Source of the DNA: Takakia lepidozioides
Taxonomy: Eukaryota > Plantae > Bryophyta
Direction: 5' to 3'
NCBI GenBank assembly: GCA_030704615.1
Contig: CM060731.1
Span: 71,610,001 to 71,674,000 of the forward strand
DNA: 64,000 nucleotides
Position numbers and translations under genes: made by a program. This document shows, piece by piece, positions 49,520 to 60,731 of this stretch; position 1 is the stretch's first letter; each line of letters starts with the position of its first letter. Under the pieces are notes generated by a model. That model was not told the DNA's origin and searched no databases. It saw only the letters and a list, made by a program, of their open reading frames with translations.

Positions 49520-50976
49520 CTACTCCGTCCTATATATGTCTTTAGGCTCAGGCCAATTGAATGGCTTGCCCATGAACCAAAGTACTACATGGGCTAATGT
49601 GACTCTCATTTTTGTTGTTGTCATACAACCTTTGTAGCATTGAATGCCAACAACCTTCCGTAAATTGGTCCTCGATCATACTTTGATCATAATGAGTGTT
49701 GCCATTTATTCATACCGCTATCTTCCCAACGGCAAAGGCCTCTGACGTCATGTCCTGGGGGGGGGGGGGGGGGGTGGGCATTCGCATTGAAAATCGATGT
49801 AATATTTTTTTCTATCCACCATCTTTTCGCGAGTTCCTGGTCCAGCTTGTCTTGGTTTTCAAACTGGTACGACGAGGCTTTGCGTATGCCCAATGGGGTG
49901 GCCAAGCCCCAATCACACACCCCAATCTTGATCTCCTCGGTGCCATCTGGAAAATGCAACAAGATGTTGTTGGGGGACAAGTCGTTGTGCAGGATACCGT
50001 TCTTGTGGACAACATCCATGATGCACACCAGTGCTCATGCAAGTTTACTGTGCACTTTCCGGAAACGAAGCAAGCGATCGCATTCCTGGAACTCTGCTTC
50101 CATTCCCCTTTGTTCCAAAATCACCCTGTTGTCTGAATCGTTGCCTCATTTTCTGTCAAGGTTCATCATGTCGCATATTGTCCCCTCATTCCACCAGCGA
50201 GTGTAACCCTCTACCTCACGTGCATTCAAAATATGAGATAACACCCGGATGCTGGAACTTCAATGTCAAACACTCGTCGTTATGTTGTCTCAACACCTTT
50301 TCTGGATTTTTGGACTTGGGTTTTTTTCCCGCTAGCTCCCAACGCTCCAGTATTCTAAAATCGCAATCCTACACTTACGGACCTTAGCATACCCTCCTTT
50401 TTTGTAAGGGCCAATCTCTACCACCTTCGCAGTAGAGTTCAGGTAATAAAGACCAGTTGTGCCTCCCCCGCCCGATGACCCCGACTTCCAAGGGACAACC
50501 CTAGTCCGGCGATGTGAATTCTGACTTGCCGAGCAAGCCCAATACTCAACACGCCGCATTAACTCAGCTTCGGCGGAGGGCACTCGACCCTTGGTTGTTC
50601 TACCCTTCCATGTTTTCATTAGCTGCCTCAAATTCCACGTGGCGTCTTTCGCCCTGCTTTGGATCCACCGATTGAAATTCGGCTTGTCCCTGTCCGCCGT
50701 CCACTTAACCCCCGCCAAAGTGTTTGTCATTTTCCTCTCCATATTTTGCTGGAAAATCTGAAACCCCTCCCATCCATGCCTGACATAAGCACTCTCCAGC
50801 CTCATCATGTCCCTACCCTTGAAATAATCCACTACCACTTCTTTCACCCTATCCAAGGCATCCGGTCCCGGGTAGTCTGGCTTGTTGACCTGGCTATCCC
50901 GCTCGTGGGCACGTTTTCTCTTCCTCCGAACCCCAGACAACCCCGCCCCAGAACTTGAACTCACAACCCCCGACAT
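49520..50976 (-). pseudogene. Atypical non-RD protein kinase-like ORF of the repeated element (copy 2, full length but frameshifted)
   Basis: GGYAKV glycine loop, LAGKK, HPGVI, LHNDLSPNNILLHF, VCDWGLA, SEAFAVGKIA, RVTLAHV; several indels and stops. Confidence 0.8.
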
Positions 50977-51510
50977 TGTATAAACCTTTGCCCACTACAG
51001 GGGACAAAACCATAGAAAACGGCAATGGACGGTGTTTCTACAAAAAAACAGGCCGTCGGAGATCCGAAAACGGATAAATGGTGATACGATGATTAAACCG
51101 TGAACAGGGGTGTGGGACTGACCAATAGAAAAACGACAACCCCCCCTTCCCCCCCCCCTCCCAAATAATCATCTTTGCACCTCCCGTTGGCAGTGCCAAA
51201 CAACGACGTCCGAAAGGACTACATGATGCCAAGGAACCGCACCACGAGAGGGGCAAAAGTGATCAGAAAAATAAGGGGGAATGGTTTATATAGGCGCCCA
51301 CCAGCCCCACCCCCCCCCCAAAATGGCATTATGCTTGAAAAGGAGCGATAGGCCAGTCGCACCTCGTCACGCGCACCCACATGGGAGAGGTCAAGGGTTC
51401 AAAACCGCCTCCCCCCATCCCATTTGTTTCGTTTTTCCTGACCCGTGGCACCTCGCCACGTGGCTGGCCGGGCGCCACTTCATGAATTAAAAAAAAAAAA
51501 AAAAAAAACA

Positions 51511-52285
51511 CGCGACCGCCGCATGGCGGTCACTATATTTATAAAAACAAGAAGAGCGACCGCCACATGGCGGTCGCTGCTTTTTTTTAAAATATATTAA
51601 ATAAGCGACTGCCTACTAGCGGTCGTTTAATTGAAGATTCAAAATAAAAATAAGCGACCGCCGCTAAATGGTGGTCGCTTCATTTTAAAAAAAATATTAA
51701 GGAAGTGACCGCCAAACGGCGGTCGCTTAATTTAACAATCAAAATCAAATCGAGCGACCGCCTCCAAATGGCGGTCGCTTAATTTAACAATCAAAATCAA
51801 ATCGAGCGACCGCCTCCAAATGGCGGTCGCTGCATTTTTCAAAATTTTACTGGCGGTCGCTTTATTTAAGAATAAAAATAAAAATAAGCGACCGCTACTA
51901 AATGGCAGTCGCTAAATTTAAAAAAAAACTATAGCGACCGCCACATGGCGGTCGCAATATTTTTACAAAATATATCAAAGATATAATAATAATAAAATAA
52001 TAAAGTGCGAGTGACCGCCAATCTGGGCGGTCGCTTTATTTAAAACATAATAAACTTCAACCGACCCCCAATATAGGCGGTCGCTTATTTTAAAATATAA
52101 TAAAATACAAACGACCGCCAATATGGGCGATCGCTTCATTTAAAAATTATTAAATTACCGGCAACCGCCAATATATGCGGTCGCTTAATTTAACAAAATA
52201 TTAAATCACAAGCGACCGCCAATATGGGCGGTTGCTTCATTTAAAAAATAAAAAATAAAATGCGACCGCCAATATAGGTAGATGT
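51511..52285. repeat. Array of about 15-16 palindromes AGCGACCGCC-N-GGCGGTCGCT with AT-rich spacers (copy 2)
   Basis: Directly visible; spacers colinear with 36490-37035 apart from unit gains and losses. Confidence 0.92.
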
Positions 52286-52481
52286 ATTTTTTTTAAAGGA
52301 ATTAATAAATATTAATAATTGGTCACGTCTGTTTTACACCGTGGATGTCATGTCATTACAAAGGATAGAAGTAAATCGTAAAAGTCAAATGTAAAAAAAA
52401 TTACATGGGTAAACGTCCGGATTCGACGTGACGTAACGGCCGACGTGTCAGCGCCACGTCACGTCAGGAATGATAACTAGG

Positions 52482-55400
52482 CAGCAATCACTGAAGGCGA
52501 TTTCAACAAGGTTCAGATTTTTGGGTCGTCTTTTGGTCCATGGTATATCAAACCCCGTTCTATTCATTGGTGGGATCAATTTGCAGAGACTGTGATGAGA
52601 GAAGATGAAGAGAGATTTCGGAAAATGCTTAGAGTGACAGTATCCACATTTGATTATCTGTGTGATATTCTTGGCAATGACCTCTTGCGAAATCCGCCTG
52701 CTAGTTTGCAAAACATCAAAGGCAGAAAACTGTCAATTGCCAAACAAGTAGCATTATGTCTATGAAGATTTGCAACAGGGGATTCTTTTCTTACTATAGG
52801 GGAAATGTTTGATGTGGCTGAATCCACCGCCAGCAAAATTGTGCACAGATTCACCAAGGCCATAATCAAAAGAGCCTACCACCACCTGCAGTGGCCTGAC
52901 CAGGATGTCATTTGTTTTGTGACAGCTGGCTTTGAAAAAGCACATGGTATTCCACAATGTTGTGGAGCTATGGATTGCACCCACATCTTGTTTGACCTAC
53001 CAGACAATCAAAGAAGAACTGTTTGGTTTGATATGAATCTTAATTATTCAATGATTGCACAAGCAATTGTCGACTCCAACATGCGTTTTCTGGATGTATT
53101 TGCTGGCATCCTTGGCTCGGTCCATGACTCTCATGTGTTGACGAGGTCTGATTTCTACTTCCAAGTCGAACGTGGCCAACGGTTGAATGGTCCATTGCGC
53201 CTCAAATAGTCCTACAGAATTTATTTTCCAGCTCCTACTCAAGTACATTACTTGCTACATTTTCTATGTGTTTCATCAGTAGGGCAATGAATATCCGGCC
53301 CCTGTGACACACACACATGCATAAGCTTAATATTTGACCCACACACAAGGATTGCCCACATCTCTTGGCAATGGTACAGCACCAGCCCCACAAGGCCCAC
53401 CTCAAGTCCATTTCATATGGGAATGTATTAGTCATGATGCATGGAATAAAGTACAGTACCAACAACTTTATGAAAGGGCCTCCTGACTGAGCAATGTGCA
53501 AATGTATAGTTCAATTGTGCAATGCATATGCCAAGGCCAAAATTCCACACACTCATAAAGATGGCACATCATCTACAACATATTGGGAATTCATACACAC
53601 ATGTGCCATGATGAGCATTGTACACCATCAAGGCACACTGTACCGCATGAAGGTATTATATACTATGATCAGAATGACAATCCCGAGTCATAAGGAGGGT
53701 CCAGCATATATGGGAATCATCCACACATGATGTTGAGCATTATATATCATCAAGGCACACTATATGAAGGCACTGTACTATACTTTGATTTGAAGATAGT
53801 ACTATAGAGATTATAAAGAAGGCACATTGTACAAGGGAAAGTATAGTACCTGCAAGTTTGTTTAGGTAGCTCATGAAAAGAGCAATGTACAACTACTTTA
53901 CCTATTGTGCAAAGCCTATGCCACGGATCACAAATTTCACACACGCCTGAGTCATAAAGAGGGTAGTGTATTGTACTATAACATGAAGACAGTACTATAC
54001 ATATTGTAATCAAGGCACACAGTACAAGATGAAGTCTAGTACCTGCAAGTTTGTTTATGTAGCTCATGAATAGAGCAATGTACAAGTACTTTACCTATTG
54101 TGCAAAGCATATGCCAGGGGCCAACTTTCACACACTTCTGAGTCATAAGGAGGGCAGAATCTCCATCATATTGGGGAATTATATGAAGGCAGTGTACTAT
54201 ACTATGCCACTATATAATATAAGCACACTGTATAATGTGATGTATTTATAATGTTAATGTGAGTCCACTGGCAAACCTGCTGGTTTGCTGTCAATTTGGC
54301 CATTGTCGAGTCATTGAGGTGCCAATACTCTTCAATCCCTCACCAATGTTCATTAGGGCTGTAATGTATCCAACTCCAATATCTCTGGTTGCTTGTATCC
54401 GTTCTCTTTCAAGTTCCAATGATTCTCGGTGGCGTACATTTTCCTGTTCTTGTGCAATTTGCATTTGTCCAAACAATTTTTCTCTATTCGTCTCCAATAT
54501 GTTTGTCAAGCTCTGCACCACGTTCGAAGAAACTCTTCGCCGTTTTGCAGTGGTTGGGCTGTCAGACTTATCACCGCCATCGTCAAATGAAGAGTCCCCA
54601 CCTATTATGCCAACAAGAATTAGATTGAATTCAAACAAGCACATGTACAAATCCAACAAATGTTGTGTATATGATGAGTTTTTACCTGGCCTGGGCATGG
54701 TGAAAGTATCAATAGGCCCATCATCTAGCTCAACAGCTTTGGATCCTTTGACATACCAGTCGCCCAATGCATTGAAGACCTCCAGTTGCATTATGACTTT
54801 TGGGAGTTTTGCATCTTTCCTCTCTTGGGGAATCATATGGAAATAAGATTTTTTTCCACTTGGAATTCTTCTTTCATAATCCCATATCTTCCGAAAATCT
54901 GCAAAGAGGTTTTCCCACTTGTCTTGACACTGTTGTGCACTTCGATTGACATTGTGTTCGATTCATGTATCTTCCACAATGGACCATCTCTGTGCTGCAG
55001 TATGGTGCAATGTCTTCGAGCCAGATCCAGGACCATGCTTCACCCAATCTGTACGCTTTGCTGCTTGCAAGACCATGACCTCGCTCACGGTCCATGGACC
55101 TTTTTTGTAAGTGCGACCAGGAATATTACTTTGTTGGGCACCAAACTCTGTGCTTGAGTTATCTAAATGAGAATACACATCCTCTGGTTCTTGCCCAAAA
55201 CTCTCTTCAAGAAAAGCTTGCATTGTTGCTACGCACTACTCTTCGAAACTCAAAAAAAACTATGGCGGCAGAAGACTCTCTGTGCATATTTGACGCGAAA
55301 AGTGTCGATGAGGGTAAGTTGTTCAGCAAGTCATGGCATGAAAATAACGGGCTACTGTAAGACACCAATGGAGAACGGGACCCGTACGCCCAACACCTCA

Positions 55401-55550
55401 CTTTTGGTGTGGGCTCCGCTGCATGGGACCCGGCCAGGCCCTGCACGGGTACCGATGTCCATGAAAGTGCATGGAACGGGTTGCCTGCACCCGTTCTCCC
55501 TTCGCGTGACATCAGCAGAACGGGAGAACGGGTCACATGGAAAGTAACCC
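52482..55550. mobile_element. Decayed PIF/Harbinger transposon: DDE transposase (+, about 52560-53210) and Myb/SANT-like ORF (-, about 54291-55223)
   Basis: RFATGDSF..FDVAESTA, CGAMDCTH, YSMIAQAIVD..FLDVFAG..GSVHD; second ORF KKGPWTVSEVMVL..RWSIVED plus coiled-coil tail; terminus ..GGAAAGTAACCC|TAA at 55550. Confidence 0.8.
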
Positions 55551-56289
55551 TAAGTCCCAGCCCTATACACTGCGACCTAGCAACCCTAAATTCGAGGCAA
55601 CTTTTGAACATTTTGACCGTTTTACACCCCAACATTATATAAATTAATTATATATTCCAAGTAATTATGTGATTTATTTTTTTATATATTTTTTGCTGAA
55701 CAGGGAGAGACCTTGGTAGGATTTTATTAGAATTATTGAAGGGAAAAAATTTAAAACCCTTGATGCCCTCAGGCTGCCATAAGGCTTACACTCACGGCGG
55801 ACCGTGACGGATATCACGACGAACGATAACATGTGAATTATTTAATTTAAAAATACCTTCACATAACTACATGGAATATATAATAGATTCTGAACATGAA
55901 CATGAAGCTCATGATCATTTTCCGAGGGCCATATTGGTTCATAGTTTATTCTGTTTGCAGAGCAGTACTCACACTCCCCATACACCACAATCTGGAAATT
56001 CTTTGTTCCCATTTTACACAGGTTTGTAACATTCTATGTAAACTACGCCAACCCCTGGCACGCTCATGGTTGTTTTGACACCGTTCTTGCCTGGGGTGTG
56101 GTGAACATGTGGGACACCCCACACTTAGGCCATATTTTGACCCACACCTTGGCTCAATCCACAGAGCCGCGAGAAAAGCCGTGGAATGTGACAGGTGTGA
56201 GACCCCCATACCGTGGAAAAAACCGATTTCCGGCGCAACCTAAAAATCTCTTTTATAGATGAGGATGAGATCGACATTCAGCCCGACTG

Positions 56290-56600
56290 GTACTACCCTT
56301 TACTAGGATTGAAACTGGAGCACTCCTGGAGGTCGTCGATCCGTTGCTGAGCGGGATCGTGGACACCACGGAGGTCGAACGGGCGTTGCTAGTGGCCTTC
56401 TGGTGCATCAATGAGAAGCCTGAGCGAAGGCCTACCATGACGATGGTTGTGAATATGCTGGTAGGCCACATCACTATCGAGTATCCAGTGCCGCGACCCA
56501 AATTTTTCGATGACATGCCCACTACTAGCATCAAAAGCCACGCTCAGAATCAGAGCCTAAATTGGATGATCCGCTGTACACCAGTTCGTCCGCTTCAGCT
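56290..56600 (+). pseudogene. Receptor kinase C-terminal piece (subdomains X-XI)
   Basis: LLEVVDPLL..EVERALLVAFWCINEKPERRPTMTMVVNMLVG..PVPRP. Confidence 0.8.
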
Positions 56601-57145
56601 TCACATCAATTGTCTTCCAACTCTTCGTACAGAGGTAGACAGTAGAGGTGTCGCGGAGTAGAAGTACTATAGGGTCCCAATTAGAACTATTGAATTAATA
56701 TTCTACTGGAAATTCCGTCAGTAGGAAATGTTGGTAGCTGTGATATCATACGAAACTGGCCCACCTGTACATTGACCTGTGCGTCTGGGGTTCAAACCCC
56801 TATAAGTTGTCTCTCTCAGCTTCAGGGCTGGCCAGTTTGCCTTCATGGCCTCCTTAAGGAGGTTTACTGTGCCCTGCGAACTTTATTTGGGATTATTAGG
56901 AGGAAAAATACATATACATATACATAGTTCATCCATCCAAAGTTAACCCAAAACCCTGACGCCGTGGAGTTTGTAAGGGAAAGACGATGGTTGATTTATA
57001 CAAGTGATGCTGAGCTTGGAAGCTCTGTTTCGTGTACGTCTCTGGGTGTATATGTGCACATTCACATGGCAAGAGCACTTCGTTGTGTGGGTTTCAGCCT
57101 TCCTGTTTCAATTCAAGAAGGTTGATTCTCTTTGGTTTTTCCAGC

Positions 57146-59116
57146 ATGGCGAGAGGTCGCCACAGCGAGTCAGAAGATGAAGAAGAGGACGGTAGGGGGA
57201 AGCATCGCTCCAGCAGCAAGAAGCATCGGAGTAAGCATCATTCGGAGAAGAGGAACAAGGGGGAGAAAGGGAGGCATAAGCGGAGAAGGGAAATGAGCTC
57301 AGAGAGCGAGGCCTCCTCCGACCGGAGTGCGAGCCGTAGCCCCCCTAGGGTTTCTCAAGACGATCTCCGAGAGTACATGGCGAGGAAAGCTCAGAGGAAA
57401 GCTGTGAAAGTGGCCAAAAGGTTGAAGACATCCACCGTTTCAGGGTATTCGAACGACAGTAATCCATTTGGGGACTCGAATCTCACAGAAAAGTTTGTAT
57501 GGAGGAAGAAGATCGAGCGAGACCTTACACAGGGTCTGGACCCTGCGGAGCTGTCTTTGAAATCCGAGAAGAAGCGGCAGAAGGAGCGAATGGCTGAGAT
57601 TGAGAAGGTGAAGAAGCGGAGGGAGGAGCGAGCAATTGAGAAAGCGCAGCATGAAGAAGAGATGGCAATGCTTGCGCGAGAGAGAGCAAGGGCTGAGTTT
57701 CACGACTGGGAAAAGAAGGAAGAGGAGTTTCACTTTGAACAAAGCAAGGTGCGGTCAGAAATCCGCCTGCGTGAGGGCCGAGCAAAGCCCATCGATGTGC
57801 TGTCGAAAAATCTGAACCTATCTGAGGACTTCGACATTGAGATAAACGAGCCATACAGGATATACAAGGGTTTGACTGTGAAGGAGATGGAAGAGCTGCG
57901 CCTTGACATCAAAATGCACCTGGAACTCGACCGCGCAACACCCACCCATATTGAATTCTGGGAAGCGATGATGGTGGTATGCGATTGGGAGATTGCAGAG
58001 GCCCGCAAGCGAGACGCACTCGACCGAGCGCGAGTGCGAGGCGAGGAGCCCTCGTCTGAGCTGCTGGCTGATGATCTGGGCTTGCATGGTGTGGATGACG
58101 ATGTACACAGAATGCTTCAGGGGCAGAGTGTAGCAGAGCTGGATAATCTGCAAGAGCAGACGGAGGCCAAAATGCGCAGCGGCACTGCGCAGGTGGTGGA
58201 GTACTGGGAGGCGGTACTCAAGCGCCTGCACATCTACAAAGCTAAGGCACGGCTCAGAGAAATCCATGCAGACTTGCTACGGCAGCATCTACAGCGTCTC
58301 CAGGATTCGGAGGAAGGCGAGCGACGTGTTCTGCACGATGATCTTGAAGTTGAGCGGAACGTCGATCACATGGAGAGTGATTCAGAAGATGTAGAACCAT
58401 TGTCACCAGAACTCGCAGGCACTGCAGAGAAGCCCAAAGAGGCTGAGGAAGAGGCAGGATCCTTTTCTCCTGAGCTGGTGCACGACTCTGATGCCTCTGA
58501 TGTCATGGACCCTGACGTGGACAGGGCTGATCTGGAACAGAAGCGGGCTGAGGTTATGGAGGAGCAGCAGCGGAGGATGCAAGAAGCGGCGGCCAGGCCC
58601 AGTGCTACTGAGGATGATGGTCTGGACCTCACTGCACCAGAGCGAGCCCTAGTGCTCAAGGCTGTGGGTGGCATGGAGGATGGAGACGCCATTCTTGGGG
58701 CAGGGGCCGAGGTGAATCTTGAATCACAAGTATATTGGTGGCATGACAAATATCGACCAAGGAAGCCAAAATACTTCAACAGGGTCCATACTGGCTACGA
58801 GTGGAACAAGTACAATCAGACCCACTACGACCATGACAATCCTCCTCCCAAGATTGTGCAAGGCTACAAGTTCAATATCTTTTACCCAGATCTTGTTGAT
58901 AAGACAAAGGCGCCCACTTATTGCATTGAGAGGGATGGTAGTAATGGGGAGACTTGCTTGATCCGCTTCCATGCTGGGCCTCCTTATGAGGACATTGCTT
59001 TTCGGATTGTGAACAAGGAGTGGGAGTATTCTCATAAAAAGGGGTTCAAGTGCACTTTTGAGCGGGGCATCTTGCATGTCTACTTCAATTTCAAGCGGTA
59101 CAGGTACCGCAGGTGA
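57146..59116 (+). CDS. CACTIN: Cactin (spliceosomal factor), single coding exon
   Basis: Uninterrupted 656-aa frame from ATG 57146; GYSNDSNPFGDSNL, cactin mid domain, C-terminal KYRPRKPKYFNRVHTGYEWNKYNQTHYD..FHAGPPYEDIAF..FKRYRYRR. Confidence 0.96.
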   Translation: MARGRHSESEDEEEDGRGKHRSSSKKHRSKHHSEKRNKGEKGRHKRRREMSSESEASSDRSASRSPPRVSQDDLREYMARKAQRKAVKVAKRLKTSTVSGYSNDSNPFGDSNLTEKFVWRKKIERDLTQGLDPAELSLKSEKKRQKERMAEIEKVKKRREERAIEKAQHEEEMAMLARERARAEFHDWEKKEEEFHFEQSKVRSEIRLREGRAKPIDVLSKNLNLSEDFDIEINEPYRIYKGLTVKEMEELRLDIKMHLELDRATPTHIEFWEAMMVVCDWEIAEARKRDALDRARVRGEEPSSELLADDLGLHGVDDDVHRMLQGQSVAELDNLQEQTEAKMRSGTAQVVEYWEAVLKRLHIYKAKARLREIHADLLRQHLQRLQDSEEGERRVLHDDLEVERNVDHMESDSEDVEPLSPELAGTAEKPKEAEEEAGSFSPELVHDSDASDVMDPDVDRADLEQKRAEVMEEQQRRMQEAAARPSATEDDGLDLTAPERALVLKAVGGMEDGDAILGAGAEVNLESQVYWWHDKYRPRKPKYFNRVHTGYEWNKYNQTHYDHDNPPPKIVQGYKFNIFYPDLVDKTKAPTYCIERDGSNGETCLIRFHAGPPYEDIAFRIVNKEWEYSHKKGFKCTFERGILHVYFNFKRYRYRR

Positions 59117-59963
59117 GGGCTGAAAGAGATCAGAGGGATTGGAACAGGATGAAGTCTCATGCTGGTGAGTAATGCCCCATATTCTGTGGAGGACAAAAAT
59201 TTCTAACTCTGTTAGCTGCCACTGTGCCCAGGTACAAACACATAACAATGGTAGGAACTCATCATAATGTGGATTGCCTTCAAATTGGCAAGACGACAGT
59301 GTAATCTATCTCTAGTTTCAAGATTTTGTTGTCAACTGTCAACTGTTTTACAATGTGGATGGAGTTACATGTAGTTTCTTGTGTCAGTTTCTAATGTTGT
59401 GTTGCATAGAAGCCCCTTTGTGTAAAGGTTCTAGACTGCAAGAGAGTCCACTGCCAAATAAGTAAGAGAGATTTTTCACTCCCTCTCTTGCTTCCAATAG
59501 CTGTGGTTTTCAAACACTTGTGGCACCTTGTCATCCTGTATGACTTGAACCTCAAGTAGATACAAATGTTTACACCGAAACTGAAGTCTCAAAGGTAAGG
59601 TACATCTCAAAGGAAAATCTCTACACCTTAAACCCTGCAAAACTAGAGAGAATCTATTGAAAACCTGAAGCTCTCCATGGCGCGAGACCAATGGGCCAGC
59701 TCTATCCTCAGACCGCAGCTCACAGTTGGACAGCAAGCTACGAGCTTTGCAAAAATACACCACGAGTATTAAGAGCAAAGAACACCTTCATATGGAACAA
59801 GACAGAAAACTGAAGGATACCAGAGATGCAGTCCTTCCTAAGGCAGCCAGCTATAAGACCTGAGAACAGGCATGAGTCCAACTAGCTAATCATCAAAATG
59901 GGAAATTGATATCAAATAGAATAAGATTCTGACTTCACAATGGAATGATCATCAATTTGCATG

Positions 59964-60731
59964 TCAAGAGTCTGCTAAGTGGTGAGGCCCAAAAAGGGTT
60001 GATCCAACAGACAAGTCTGGTCGACTGCCAATTGGTCTGGAACAAACACCATGAGTGTTCCCCCTTGAGTCCTTTGCAGCCAAGATCATTGTATCATTGG
60101 AGACATCATCTGTGAAGGGGGGCACATGATCAGCGGGCACATGATCAGCTCGATCAACTGTTCGTCTCTTCCACAACTGCCCTCCCAGGGTGAACTTGAA
60201 CTTGGTTTCAGTACCATCAGGGACGTCGCAGAGTCCACTTCTACATGCACAGCGAGGCTGGCCTTTGCTGATGGGTCCCTTGTTCCAGTAGAGGAACTTA
60301 ATCTTTTCAGAAAGGCAGCGTGGACACTTCTCCAATGGATGAAGGTCCAGAAAACCTGCAAGCTCGGCATCTCCTGCCTGACTTTTTTTCATTGTTGTTG
60401 CTTGCTGATCAGAATCCTCCGCCACTCGCTCAACTTCCTGCAGGCTAGGCTCTTGGGTTGCTTGATTGCCATGGAACTGTCCATGAGGGACATTTGATGC
60501 AAGTTCAACAACTGGATCTATAAGTATATTCTTGAGCAACTGAATCCAATCCGTCTCGTTGTGAATATTCACCCTGATCAAGTGAAACAATAGTATCAGT
60601 ACTACTAGTCCTAAACCATGCCAAATCACGAAGACCCCACCTTGAAGTGCACCCCTCCGTGCGTGCGGGCCGATAACAGCAACAGCAAAACGAGTAGCAA
60701 AACGAGTGAGAGAGAAAGACGATCCAAACAT
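59964..60731 (-). CDS. Protein with divergent Dof-like zinc finger
   Basis: CPRCLSEKIKFLYWN..QPRCACRSGLC..FTLGGQL resembles Dof CPRC-S--TKFCYYN..QPR..C..C..WT.GG.L; start uncertain. Confidence 0.55.
   Translation of the reverse strand: MFGSSFSLTRFATRFAVAVIGPHARRGALQGGVFVIWHGLGLVVLILLFHLIRVNIHNETDWIQLLKNILIDPVVELASNVPHGQFHGNQATQEPSLQEVERVAEDSDQQATTMKKSQAGDAELAGFLDLHPLEKCPRCLSEKIKFLYWNKGPISKGQPRCACRSGLCDVPDGTETKFKFTLGGQLWKRRTVDRADHVPADHVPPFTDDVSNDTMILAAKDSRGNTHGVCSRPIGSRPDLSVGSTLFGPHHLADS

Noticed and set aside
36490-52285. Calling the two palindrome arrays true CRISPR arrays
   Set aside because: Eukaryotic context, no cas genes, variable repeat loops, low-complexity AT spacers shared between copies; kept as repeats.
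57032-57145. N-terminal extension of Cactin in the ORF track
   Set aside because: Starts at GTG and looks intronic (pyrimidine tract + CAG); ATG 57146 preferred.
57440-59248. Antisense ORFs over Cactin and over PPR regions
   Set aside because: Shadow frames of the real coding strand.
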